DNA from: Geosiphon pyriformis uo1
Taxonomy: Eukaryota > Fungi > Glomeromycota
Assembly (NCBI GenBank): GCA_016748015.1
Contig: JAAOMT010000446.1
Location: 63,752-127,751, forward strand
Length of the DNA: 64,000 nucleotides
Direction of reading: 5' to 3'
Positions 27,801-39,923 of this stretch are shown piece by piece. The position numbers and the translations under genes are program-made. Numbering within the stretch: position 1 is the stretch's first letter; the number at the start of each line of letters is the position of its first letter. The notes under the pieces are model-generated. The model had not been told where the DNA came from. It did no database searches and was given only the letters and a program-made list of their open reading frames with translations.

Positions 27801-28929
27801 AATTTTCAAATTCGTAAAAATTAATTTTTTTTTCTGCACTTAAAATGAATATAATTTCTCAAGACCTATTGTGAAAATTTGATTTGATGACAGTTATATA
27901 TAAATTTTCTCTGATATTATCAAAATTGTAATTTGCAATAAATTTATTTCAAATTATTAAGAATTTTTTTTTCATGATTGCAAAATGTTTATAAATTCAT
28001 TTATTTATTCATATATGATAATATTTTATTGATTACAGCTTATTATATGTCTATTATTGTTATTTTTTATTTTGTAAAATTGTAAAATCAAGTTTGTTTT
28101 AATAAACATTTAGTGAATCAAAATTTATTATTTAAAAAAAAAAAAGTAGAGCTAATAAGTTTTTTATAGATTTTTTTGATCTAAAAAATTTATTTTGGGA
28201 TTACGTTTATATCGATATACAAAAGATTGGTATTGAATTTTAGTTTTTACAAAATTTATAATAATTAAACCAATTGAAAATAAATTTGCAAAAAAAAGAA
28301 TTTGATATATATATATTTTTTTATATTGATACAAAATTATCAAAACTTGATGATTTTAAATTAAATTAATTTTTTTTTACACAATTGTTTTTAAAAAATA
28401 ATATAATAATTCAAAGTTTAATAATAAATTTTATTTATTTTTTTAAAATTATATATTGAAATATTCAAAACACAAAAATTTGTTAAATTTTAAAACAAAA
28501 ATAAACTTTTGTTTAACTTTTTCTATAATAATGATAAAAAACTTTGGTAATTAATTGTTTTTTTATATTTATCTATTTATTTAGTTTAAAAATCAAGGAT
28601 TTTGAATTTTGAATTTTAAATGTTCGAAATAGTCAAATAACGAGTTTTGTAAACAATTGATTTAAAAAAACAGATTTAAGTGAATTAAAAAAAATCTGAA
28701 TCTTTTTCTATTAGTATAATTATTAAATAAACAGAAAACAAAAATGTTAATTTCGAGATATCTTAAATAGATTTTTGGCATTTAAATCACAAATTTTTTC
28801 TTAATTCGATGCATAACAATACACACTGAAAATTATATGTGATATTAAATTTTCAATAATGTATTGAAATATTCAAATTTTATTCTCAGGAAATTTAGTG
28901 CTTTAAAAATTTTTATTAAAATTATATAA

Positions 28930-29900
28930 ATGCTAATCCAATCTTTCTTGAGATGACAGAATCTAGCTGTTGAAGCTGTCATCCCCCCCCTGAGTTTGTA
29001 ATCTCACATCCTAATGTAACAAACAAAGACAGTATCATAAAAAGAATTTCTAAAGAACTAAAAATTTTGAAAGAATGGATCAGAAACTATACCTGCATAT
29101 CTTCTTTGTGACCATCATCATCCTCCTCATAATAATCTTTCTTATCCGTCTCATAACCAGATTCGCTTTTTGATCACCTATTATAATTTGCTTGTTGAAC
29201 ATCCTATCTTGTGATTTTCAACACCTCCTTTAACCATACCATTGCAAATTTGTATATTTTGAAACTTTTTGTGCTCTTTGATTCTTGCTGCGTTCCAAAG
29301 CAATTTAGAGAACATCTTGATACTTTTCAAATGCCCGAACTCAGGGTTTTGGAAAGATGAAGCGGAAAAAACTCAATGGAGTGGATCGTAGCTATTGGTC
29401 ATGGAGCTAATGTTTCGTTCTTGAATGATATAGTTGCTTCGAGATTTGGAATTATAGACTTACCGTTAAAAGAATCAAGCGATCACTGCTGGAGGCCTCT
29501 TCACCATGAAATGCCACTGGCTTCCAAAAGTCAGAATCTGTCATAGACGCTTCTTTTATGCTTTATAGAAATAGTGGTATACTTATTAGAGGAAAACTGT
29601 TCCGAGCCACCTGACCGGAGTAAACGCAGGGAAAAAACCGGGTGGACAGACAAAGAAGCGTGCAGGCTATGTGAATACTCGGAATTGCTGGTGCATGAAA
29701 TGTTGACAAGTAACAACATAGAGCAGCGAAAACTTCCAAATCACTGGCGATTGCATGAAGATAGAGTTTAACGATAACGCGGGTAAAAGTAACAGTTACT
29801 TCAGCAAAGGTTGAAAATTGCGGCAGCTATCGAAAGCTCATGAATAAAACCTTTTATTCTAAGCCACAGAAGAAGTCTTGAGAAATTATTAATAAATCTT
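28930..29900 (-). pseudogene. Probable decayed multi-exon gene of unknown identity
   Basis: Gene-like GC content, GTAAGT..AATAG and GTATAG..TTAG intron-like segments and an acidic run GYETDKKDYYEEDDDGHKEDMQ. No intact frame. Confidence 0.3.
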
Positions 29901-30214
29901 TTGTAAGACCTATCAAACCAAAAAATTTGAAAAATAAACTTAAATGAAATCCCAGACAACTTTTTCCGGTAATTCAAGCTAAAAATAATCCTGTTGGAAA
30001 CAGAGTTCGATTTCAGATGTGATGCTCATAATATAAATACCACAGAACGAATAACTCTTTTCCTTTTTGTATTACAAATATGCATATTTTAATTTTTTTA
30101 TTAAAAGAACTTGGAATAATTTAGTCAAATTATGCATCCCGACCCATTAATATAGAGCACGGTGAAGTCAAACAACAAATAAAGTGATTTCTAAAGGAAA
30201 GGTATTAAATTTCA

Positions 30215-30930
30215 AAAAATGCACAGTTTTAGTCTGATTAAATCATAAACTTGCCAAATATCAATGTAAAATGACATTAATTTTTTTATCTCCTGGCTTT
30301 AGCTTTGAGGAGATATTTAATTTATCTTTGTTTGAGCAGAGGTGAACAATACGACTGATGTAACAAGAGCCTGCTTTGCCTAGCCTTTTATTGGTGAATA
30401 CCATAATAAGTGAGCTTGCCATCATATGTGATCTTGTTTGAATTAGGTCACTTGTTATTTTTACGCTTTTGTTTCGAAGTGGAGAAGCCATAGTACATGT
30501 TTATTCTTAAAAATAAAGATATGAAACAATTAAGGTAATTTGGCAAAATTATGAGCACCATTTGTTATGGTGTAATGCAGCGCCTTACGAGATTGAAAGA
30601 AAGATGATGATGTGTTAATGCACCTTGTTGTCGCTGTGCATTACGTTTAATAACCTCCTTTCGCGCAACCAATGCTTGGCAGGAGCTGAGAATAAGCCCT
30701 CCTAAGAGCATACCAATACGAACGATAGCTCTGTAAAGTTTCCTTTCACCTTAGGTACCCAAAGCATCATCAAAAGAAGACGCTTTTGACCATCCTTTTT
30801 CCGTGATACCATCTTGTTTCATAATGATATGACAGTATTAAAGCAAATCTCGCCAAGCCCATCCATCGCTTCAATAGCTGCTTCTGGCTAGTAGCGTGGG
30901 GTTGAGGATGCCCTCCGTTTTCTGACGTTT
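30215..30930 (-). pseudogene. Fanzor2/TnpB-like nuclease pseudogene, N-terminal half with internal deletions
   Basis: QKQLLKRWMGLARFA (TnpB HTH), HHLS/FQSRKA, KITYDGKL, YSPIKG..GSCYISRIVHLCSNKDKL. Lies directly downstream of the resolvase. The RuvC-I DPG motif and zinc finger are not found. Confidence 0.75.
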
Positions 30931-30959
30931 GCCACGGGCTGCTGTTACCTTTCCCTTGC

Positions 30960-31335
30960 GCTTTTTTGTTCCTGGATTCTCTTCAGTAGGGAGAAGCTCT
31001 CCTTCCCTGCATGCGGCAGATGAAGACTGTGTTGACGGCAAGAATATGCTGGAAGAGTTTGTGCATCCTCGAAGAGAACTACGAATTTTTCAGAATAGAG
31101 GGAGATGATATATTGGAGGAGATCAAAAGCAAACAAGCAGAGTCAATCACAGGAGGTAATGGTGGCTTGATCATTCCAGTAAGATCTTTTAAGCCCCTGG
31201 CACTTGAATTTGACGCCAGAGCCGATATTGCTGACGAGCTCTTATGTCGGGAATCGGGCAAGAAGTTGTTTTTGTCGCTCAAGATCATCTTTTACCTCAT
31301 ACTAGAGACATGGGCGTAAATATAACCTTTTTTTT
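30960..31335 (-). pseudogene. tnpA: IS607-family serine resolvase (TnpA) pseudogene
   Basis: Across frameshifts: KKGYIYAHVSSMR*/DDLERQKQLL..ELVSNIGSGVKFKCQGLK..D*LCLFAFDLLQYII..HILAVNTVFICRMQGRRAS. This matches YARVSS..QKDDLERQ, D.GSG.N.KR.GL, DRL.RF.F and the IS607 C-terminal helix. Confidence 0.88.
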
Positions 31336-32363
31336 GGTAGTAAAGGTGGTGGTGGTGATGATGATGGTATCAGCAGTTTTAAAGAAGTTAGCTCAGGAAA
31401 AAGGAAAAAGGTGAGGTGTTTATTTTCGCGATTTTTTAAACCTGATAAGCAACAGTTTAATATTTTTATTGATAGATATTATTAAGCAAATATCTTCATT
31501 GGTTTAAGAGTTGGATATTTCTTTTTTCTGAATATATAACTTTTTCTTATCCATGGATAAGAAATTTAAATTATCCTAGATTATGTTTGCGTTCGCCATT
31601 CATAACCACTTTTTCGGATTGCTTATAACACTGAAATATTTTGAAACTCGTTGTTTGTAACTTCAAATGTTTTATCACAATCATTGCTACTGTAAGCCAT
31701 AATAGAATTGCAACTAACCGGGATAACTATGAATGTAAATTTTTTTCCCTAAAATAACAAATAGTGATTCTTTGGATATGTGTGTATATAATTGACTAAT
31801 CGAGATTGAAAACATGCAGAAAAAGAGACTAGAAAAGCATAGGTTTGAAAATTTTGAATATATCCCAACCTTTTTTGTAATTCTACACAAAAAGGGATTA
31901 CCCACTTGATCAGGATTAAATGCAATCAAAATATTTCTGTCATTAATACAAAAATCATAAAATGATTTTTATTGCAATAGTAGACAAGAAACTGAATGAA
32001 ATAATGAATTAAATAATGAAATAATGAATGAATGAATTGATTCTTAAATCAATTATGAGGGAAAGAAATATGGAAATAGTTTTTAATCAAAGTAATTCTA
32101 ACCTAAGACTAGGTTATTTCATGCATGAAAATGTTATGAGCATGTAAAATAATATCATAGATTAGATATATGGTAGATTTATCAAAGAGTATAGTTTTAG
32201 AAATTATGGAATTCAAAAAAATATAAATTTTACAGGATTCAGTCTCAAGATTTTTAACATAAAATTAACTGCAAAATTTAAATTTATTTAAAGTTAATAT
32301 TTATGTTTTATCACCAGTAAAAAGAAGTAATATATATTGTAATTTTAAATACCAAAAACCCAG

Positions 32364-33835
32364 CTATGGTCTGCCACATTTTTTCATTGAAATTCCAAAG
32401 TATGGGCCGAAGTGATCTTCATACGTAGATGTGTTGCCTTCATTGACGCAATCCTTGAGGAGAAATGAATTTGGATTTGTATTAATTTTCATTATGCCAA
32501 AAATTTAATTTCAGGAAACCTTGTTTCACTTTCACATACCTTGCTCTCACGTTCACCTTTATTAATATTACAAAGGGAAAATTCTTGGCCCGGAACATGA
32601 CTCCAATATTCCAGTCCTGTATGAACATATGTATCGTTTCCTCCTTTTAAAGGGTTTCGAGCTACTGAATCATGACCAACGGTAAATCTGAATACCCAAG
32701 GGCCAGATTTCATCGCATCGGCTAGTACTTGATTTCCAAAACGGGGTTGGCCAAAGGTGAAAACACTTATAAAGAACTCTTTCAGATCTTTATTTGTACT
32801 TATTTCAAGTGCTATTAGTTGCGCATATACTATTAAAAAAAATCAAAAAGATGAGAAACAAAAAAGGAAGAAAATTGAAAAGAATTTAGTGATTTCGAGG
32901 AATTATTAAAGAGCTCACCGCCGCCAATACCGTACCCAGCCAGTCGTATCCCTTTTATTTCGTTTTGGTTGAGCAAAGAAAGAAATAAGGGAATAAACTT
33001 TTCGGCCCACTTCACATAAGTATTATAAAAAGCACGATTAATTTTGGCATTTAAATAACCCGGGAAATCGACCATTTCTGCTTTTGATCTTCCCAAATTA
33101 TTTTCTAGTCCTTTTTCTTTTACACCGAAAACTACAAAAACAATTTTGTCCATTTCTTTTGTGACCACTGTTCAGATGATGATGATGATGATGACATTAG
33201 TTGTTTTTAATATGCATATAAGTGAGAAAAAATTTTCAATTATGCTTACCCGTAACATCATCCTTATTTTCATTAGTTTCACTGTTTTGATTACAATATG
33301 CCACTTTAGAGACATTAGCTATATCTGTGAGGATTCGTACTTTTAATGGGCGAAAACGCCTTTGAGGTTTTGAAAAATCTAAAAGATCTTCGATCAAACG
33401 TTGACTATCATTCGTAGAATAGGACGGGGACTGGGTTAATTCAAAGTTTATTTCATTATCGTTATTGATAGTAGCATCATTGACGTTAGAGCTTTTAGGA
33501 AATTCCTCAATGAGGGAGTTTAATGCAATATCATCATTGTTTGAACTATCAAAGGTTATAGTCTCTTGAAAATTGAATGGATTTGAAGAGTCTGGTTCGA
33601 AATCGAAAGCTTCATAATCTTTTGAATCCTTCGAATTAGTATTTAGAAAAGTTTGTGGTGAATTTGGGGTGAATGAATTTAAGAAAACATCATCTTCCTG
33701 AAAAGTTTGTGGAGTGAATGAATTTAATAAATAATCATTTTCCTGAAACAAAGATATCGGGTTTGCATGAACAATATCATTTGTAAAAAAGATTTTAATT
33801 ATTTGCCAGAATAGAAGGTGAAATATCAAAATCAT
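32364..33835 (-). CDS. Secreted class-3 lipase-like protein lacking the catalytic Ser; exons 33835-33250, 33167-32919, 32829-32540, 32453-32364
   Basis: Signal peptide, VAYC, LAGYGIGGVYA at the GHSLGG position, TFGQPRFGN, HDSVARNP, YVHTGLEYW, EDHFGPYFG. GT-AG introns are in frame. Confidence 0.88.
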
Positions 33836-34687
33836 TTCTTTGTATAATTTTTGGATTAGAAGAAAAAAAAAAAGGGTATGTTTAGATAAAAATTTTTAGG
33901 ACATTAACGAGATACTATTATTATTAAAAGATTGGATTTGAAACGAGATTCTCTGTTTATTTATTTATTGTGAATGGAGGGGGGGGGGGGGAGGGACTTT
34001 TTTTTTTTTTAAAATTTTTTCCATAAAAAAGATGCATCATTTTTCCGTTAAACATATTAAAAAGAAAACTGAATGAAATTTCTGATTTTGTGGTATGACA
34101 GATATTTATTCTCCGCATTTTGAATCAGGTTTTTTAATCGGGGAGTTTTTTTTTTACATGATCGAAACAATTTATTTATTTTTTAATTTAAATGTAGTTT
34201 ATATTTTTTATATATGATTTTAATCATTCAAAAAAGTTATTCCCTTTTAAAATTTGAATTATGATGATGATAATGATGATGAATATGATGATGATGAATA
34301 TGATGATGATGAATATGATGATGATTTTGATTTCAAAGATTAAATTTTTTTTTTTCAAACATATAATCAGAAATTATTAAAGTTACGAAAAAAAAAAACT
34401 TTTAAATAGTGGCAATTCAATTCAATTCAATTCAATTCAATTTCAATTCAATTTTATACCTTTAAAAAATTACTAAAAAAGAAATTTTTGATAAAGTTAC
34501 AAATTTTGATTCTTTTAAATATTGAATCTATATTAATCAAAATACTTAAAAAGCTATTTAATTTTAATAAAATGAATGAATATTTTTTTTATATATAATT
34601 ATAAGTTTTTAAATGTACAATAAAAATTAATTATAAAACAAAAATTTATTTTACTTGATAAAATATTTTTATTATTAAAAAATAAAA

Positions 34688-34739
<52 letters not shown>

Positions 34740-35201
34740 GTTGTTGTTGTTGTTGTTGTTAAACATTAAGATCATCAGGATTATTAATTAAAAAAAAATA
34801 ATAATTATATAAATAAAAATATAAACTTTGCTTTTAAAATCATAATCAGGTCAAATATTGAAATAAATGTAACCGTGAAAAATAAATAAATAAATAAATA
34901 AATTGAATGTTATGTGCAACGGTTTCATTTTCAAAAATGATAAAAAAAGAAAAAGGAAAAAAGAAATCATGCCACATCATGTACCAATCATGTGGTTTCA
35001 CTTTTTTAACTGGCCAATAATAATACTCTATTTTAAAAATATTCATAATATGAAAAGTTCATTTCACATAATTTCTTGATAAGGAATAGTTATTTTTAAT
35101 AGCCCCCGAGTTTGAGGAAAAAGTGATACACCCGGTCATGTATATTAAATGGGTAATGAACTAGTTCCTTTTGAGTTCCCACATTAATTGTTCTCGAGAT
35201 T

Positions 35202-35952
35202 AGAGAGTTTGCGCTACAATAATTTTCTTTGTAAATTTACCTGTAGCCACAAATTTGTGGCTTGTACAAAGAAATTTAAAACCGGAATTCTTTGTAGATC
35301 TCCTCTACAAGTAAGAGATTTTTGTTATCTAATTTTTTGCAATCTGTAGCCCAAAAGCTGACAAGGTATGTCTTACAATATGTCCAAACCTAAGAGAGAT
35401 ATTCTCGAACCTATTTTAAGACTGTGGACCATTTTTATTGTTATTGAATAAGCATTCACTATACTAACTGATGGAATTCGGAAGTGTTCAACAAGTTATT
35501 CTATCTGTGTTTTGTTGAATCTATAAGCCGTTGTCTTCAATATACTTTTCAAAACATTATTGTAACATTAATCATATAAAACTTTAATCTTCATACCGGA
35601 AAAATGCTACACACGTTCCCTCATCAAGTGGATTTAGATCAAGTCTCGTATTGGGAATCAATGGACGTTCAGGTTCAAATATTGTCTTCATTGTTATGGC
35701 CAGTTGCTGTTGACACTTATGAAGTAGTAGCAGAAGTGTAGCCATTCGCAGGCTGTTAAAAGTCAAGTTCTCGGACTCCATATGGTGAGATTTGATACGC
35801 GTTTTGCATTAAAATTACGTGATATCACTAGCCAATTGCAGAAATAAATTTACAAGGAAAATCATTGTAGCGCAAACTCTGTTCTACAAGGAATTCCATT
35901 TGGGACTGCTAGAAGTAAATTTACAAAGAAATCATTGTAGCGCAAACTCTCT
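35202..35952 (-). mobile_element. Non-autonomous TIR DNA transposon (~750 bp), probably PIF/Harbinger-related
   Basis: ~40-bp TIR AGAGAGTTTGCGCTACAAT..TTTGTAAATTTAC. ATT flanks on both sides (a TA parse is also possible). An extra TIR copy lies at 35840-35880. Internal ORF relic RPLIPNTRLDLNPLDEGTCVAFFR. Confidence 0.8.
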
Positions 35953-36104
35953 ATTATCTGAAAACCAATACTCTCTTAATTAAACTTTATATATTTATAA
36001 ATACATTAACCTTTCAAAAAAAGAAATCGACAAAATATATAAATTTAGTAAATATCCCTTTCAAGGAATATATTGAAAATTTCAATACATTTCGAAAATG
36101 TATA

Positions 36105-36136
<32 letters not shown>

Positions 36137-36183
36137 ACTTAATTTTTAAATGTTCAATAAATTTTCAAACTATTTTTTGATTT

Positions 36184-36575
36184 TTAAGAGAATAATTTTT
36201 GTCCACATGCTTTATAATGAGAAAACGTTGTCTGATATTTTTTCATTTCATTTAATAGATCAGTTTCAGTCCATTTTTCTTGAAACTCTGTCATTGTTTT
36301 TTCTATAAAACCAGTGGACGTACAAGTGAGTTCAGGTTGTCGAAGGTATTTCATTAATATTTGAGCATTTAATAACCCCATTTTTTCATAATTTTGATTA
36401 TTATGAAGAGTTTCAAGTCCGAGTTGTAACGTTTTAACTTCAGTTGAAATATTGGAAATTTTTCTTGTGGATGCTAAATGAAGTTCCAGACGTTCACATA
36501 AACGATGATTGATTCCCTTATTAGATAATATTTGAATCCCTGAAAATATTAAATATAGAAAAAATTGGTCAAAAA

Positions 36576-36606
<31 letters not shown>

Positions 36607-37167
36607 ATGAAAAGTAAAAATAAAAGGACAAGAACAAAAGTAATTAGAGGATATTTACAGCTAGACATTAACATTTCAAGTATTGGACCCCGTTTTTCAG
36701 GTAATGGGCTACTCTCAACTAAGAAATTTAGAGAGAAAAAAATTTTTAGTTAAGGAATTTCAAGGTTTCAAAAAATAAAATAAAATAAAGTAAAATAAAA
36801 TAAAATAAAGTAAAATAAAATAAAATAAAATAAAATAAAATAAAATAAAATAAAATAAAATAAAATAAAATAAAAATACCTAATTCAATATATCCACCCG
36901 GTTTTAAAACTCTATAAATATGAATAAAAAAATGTTCAGTATCTCATCAATAGCTCTCCCATCATGAATGAATGTTATTGCGAAAATACCTAATAGCCTC
37001 CTTTAAAATTCTTTCCCATTCAGATTCGGGAAAACTTAGTATCATCGTATGAATAAATACACAATCGAAAAAATTATCTTCAAATTTATAAAGTGAATTT
37101 GATCCTTTAAAATTTTTTTGAATAGATATGAGTTTGAAATTTTGAATTTTTTTGCTTGTTGTAGCCG

Positions 37168-37211
<44 letters not shown>

Positions 37212-37815
37212 GCCGCTGCTGGATGACCTTTGGTATTTATCATCGTATCTATGCTAATAAATTCGGTATTTTTGTAAATTTTTGACATTTCTTGAGATGA
37301 ATACCACGCTCCTCCCCTTTTTAAAACAAAAAGTAGAGAAAATAGAAAAAAGGTTGTTAATTTTAATGATTTTTTTCAAAGAAGCGTTTGATTAATCGAT
37401 TTTAAACTATATTAAAACCATACCCAATATTAAGTGCAAGAGATCCTGTAGAAAATATTTCCTCTTTTATAACCGAGTAATCACCATCCCAAATAGAGTG
37501 TTGCAATGTAACGTTTTTTCGGATTATATCAATTTCAGTGAGAAAGGGTTCTATCAAAGATTGTGATTATGAATTGATTTTTGGAATTAGAAGGAATTAC
37601 TAAAAAAAATAAAAAAAAATAAAAAAGAGTTTTCATAATATTTCACCTATATCAATTTCTTTCACAGAATTTAAATTATTCTCCTCATCTTTAGAATTAA
37701 ATGAATTAGATTCATTTTTCTTGCTTTTAATTATATTTAAACTAATATCATTTCTTTGTAGTTTCCTTTCTATCGATCTTGTTTTTCGAGATCCAAAACA
37801 AATATGATTACCCAT
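36184..37815 (-). CDS. Class I SAM-dependent methyltransferase-like protein (LaeA/Methyltransf_25-like), multi-exon
   Basis: Spliced: MGNHIC..QHSIWDGDYS..GSLALNIG|GGAW..FEDNFFDCVF..EWERILKEAI|RVLKPGGYIEL|VES..GP..ACGQK. Confidence 0.75.
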
Positions 37816-38307
37816 AGTTTTCCAATTCAAAACACGAATTAATACTTTATTTAATAAGGTGTGTAAGTAATCTTCTACAAAGGTATATCTTTGAGTTTTC
37901 GTTTTATTTTTTTATTTTTTTTTCTTCAAAAACTCGAATTTATGTAAAAAAAAAAAATCTTTAATCACTCAAATTATTAATAGTACATGCCAAAATTGAA
38001 AATTTTTTAGCATTGATGACGATTTGTTTCAAAATTGAAAATTCATGCAAGTTTGTAAAACCTAAAAACTGGTTTCTGGGCATTAAAGATTTAAACTTGG
38101 AATGTCAGTAAATAGAATTTTTTAAGAGGATACATATAAATGTACAAAAAACATAAGTGTTACACTACTGGCTAAACGTCATTTTTTTTTAAAAGTTGAA
38201 GAAGTGTGCTGCAAAAAGTCAGAAAACTCGGCAAAAAAGTTAAAAAAAAATAATAATAATAATTTTGAATTCTCTGCAAGAATGGGTACTTCTAACATTG
38301 AAAAAAG

Positions 38308-38352
<45 letters not shown>

Positions 38353-38530
38353 TTTTGATAGAAATCAAAAAACGTTTGGATAAAAAGGGTTATAAAGAGA
38401 TTAGAAAATTTTTTTATGATTTTGTTTCCCTTTTGGATTCTATATCTAAATTAATAAAAAAGTTTAAATCTTATTTTCTCTCTTGTTTTTTTGTTTTTGT
38501 TTTTTTCAATATTATAAAAAGAGAGATCAA

Positions 38531-38571
<41 letters not shown>

Positions 38572-39661
38572 CACACAAGAGATTTTAGTAAATATTACGT
38601 TCTAATGCTTTTTTTTGTTTTGTTTTGGTTTTTTTTCTAAATAGAGTTAAAGTTTTTCACTGTTATAAGAAAAAGGTTATATTAACGGAAAGAAAATTTT
38701 TTAATGTTATTAGCCCAAAAAGAATCTTTTTAAAAATGAATACAAAAAAGATTTAAATGTGACATCATCAATTAAAAATTTTCAATCAATCAAATCAATC
38801 AAATCAATCAAGCAATCAATAAATCAATTCATTCATTTTAATTTTAAGACATATTTTCTTTCTTATGTAAAAATGTTACCATGTGAATCTATTTTGTTTT
38901 GAATTCTTAATTAAAAATATAGTGCAGCTAATGTTCAAAGTGTGAAAGAATTTCGAATTTTTTAACCTTGATCAAAAATAGGATAAAGAATTGATTATAC
39001 AATGAATTTTTTGAAAATGATTTGATATCTTTTTTTATTTTTTTATTTTTTGTCATTTATTTCTTGAATAAAATATTTTTCATGTGAATTCAAAATAACA
39101 TTACTATAAAAAATATTTTTCAAGTAAAAAAGGGGTGGGGGGAAATATTGAAATTATTATTATTATTTTTAATATGTTAGATTTTTTAAAAAAAGATTCA
39201 GTATTTTCAAATATCGTCATAATCGTATTTTAAAATAAAAATAAATGTTCATCAAATATCAGATTTCTCAATGCCTATATTCACATTGTCCATTTTTTGA
39301 ATTCATGCTCTTATTACATCATTCCGTCATTCCGTCATTCCATCCCTGAAAATGTGCATCAATAAAAAGATCAGCCGTCGGCATAAATAGCCCCTTGACA
39401 ACTAATTTTTTTTTTTTCACTCTAGTTTTGATAGAATTATGTTTAAAAATAGTTATTTAACTGACGCATTTTTTTTTTCTAATTACGCCAACACCGTGAA
39501 AAAATCTTAATTTTTATTGGAAGCTATGCAAAGGATCAAAGGTTTTCCATTCTGGGTCACTTGAGCTAAAAGTATAAAATTTTCAATTAAAGGATGACAT
39601 GATGATATTTTAGATGATGGTAAAATTTTAAAGGGAACGAGTAGATTTTAATTCTAGAATC

Positions 39662-39728
39662 TATAAATGATACTATTCTATAAATGATACTATTTTATAA
39701 ATGATACTATTTTATAAATGATACTATT
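39662..39728 (+). repeat. 17-bp tandem repeat x4 (TATAAATGATACTATT[C/T])
   Basis: Directly visible. Confidence 0.9.
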
Positions 39729-39868
39729 AAGTAGATAAATCAAGAAATCTTTTGAACCAACAATAACAACAACAACAGCAATTTATTTCAAAGTAAAAGA
39801 GAAAAGAGATTTTTTCGGATACAAAAAATTTTGGTCTTTCTTTTTGACAAAATCTTCACTTTTCAGAC

Positions 39869-39923
<55 letters not shown>

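Noticed and set aside
31011-31319. 102-aa plus-strand ORF
   Set aside because: Antisense shadow of the resolvase pseudogene.
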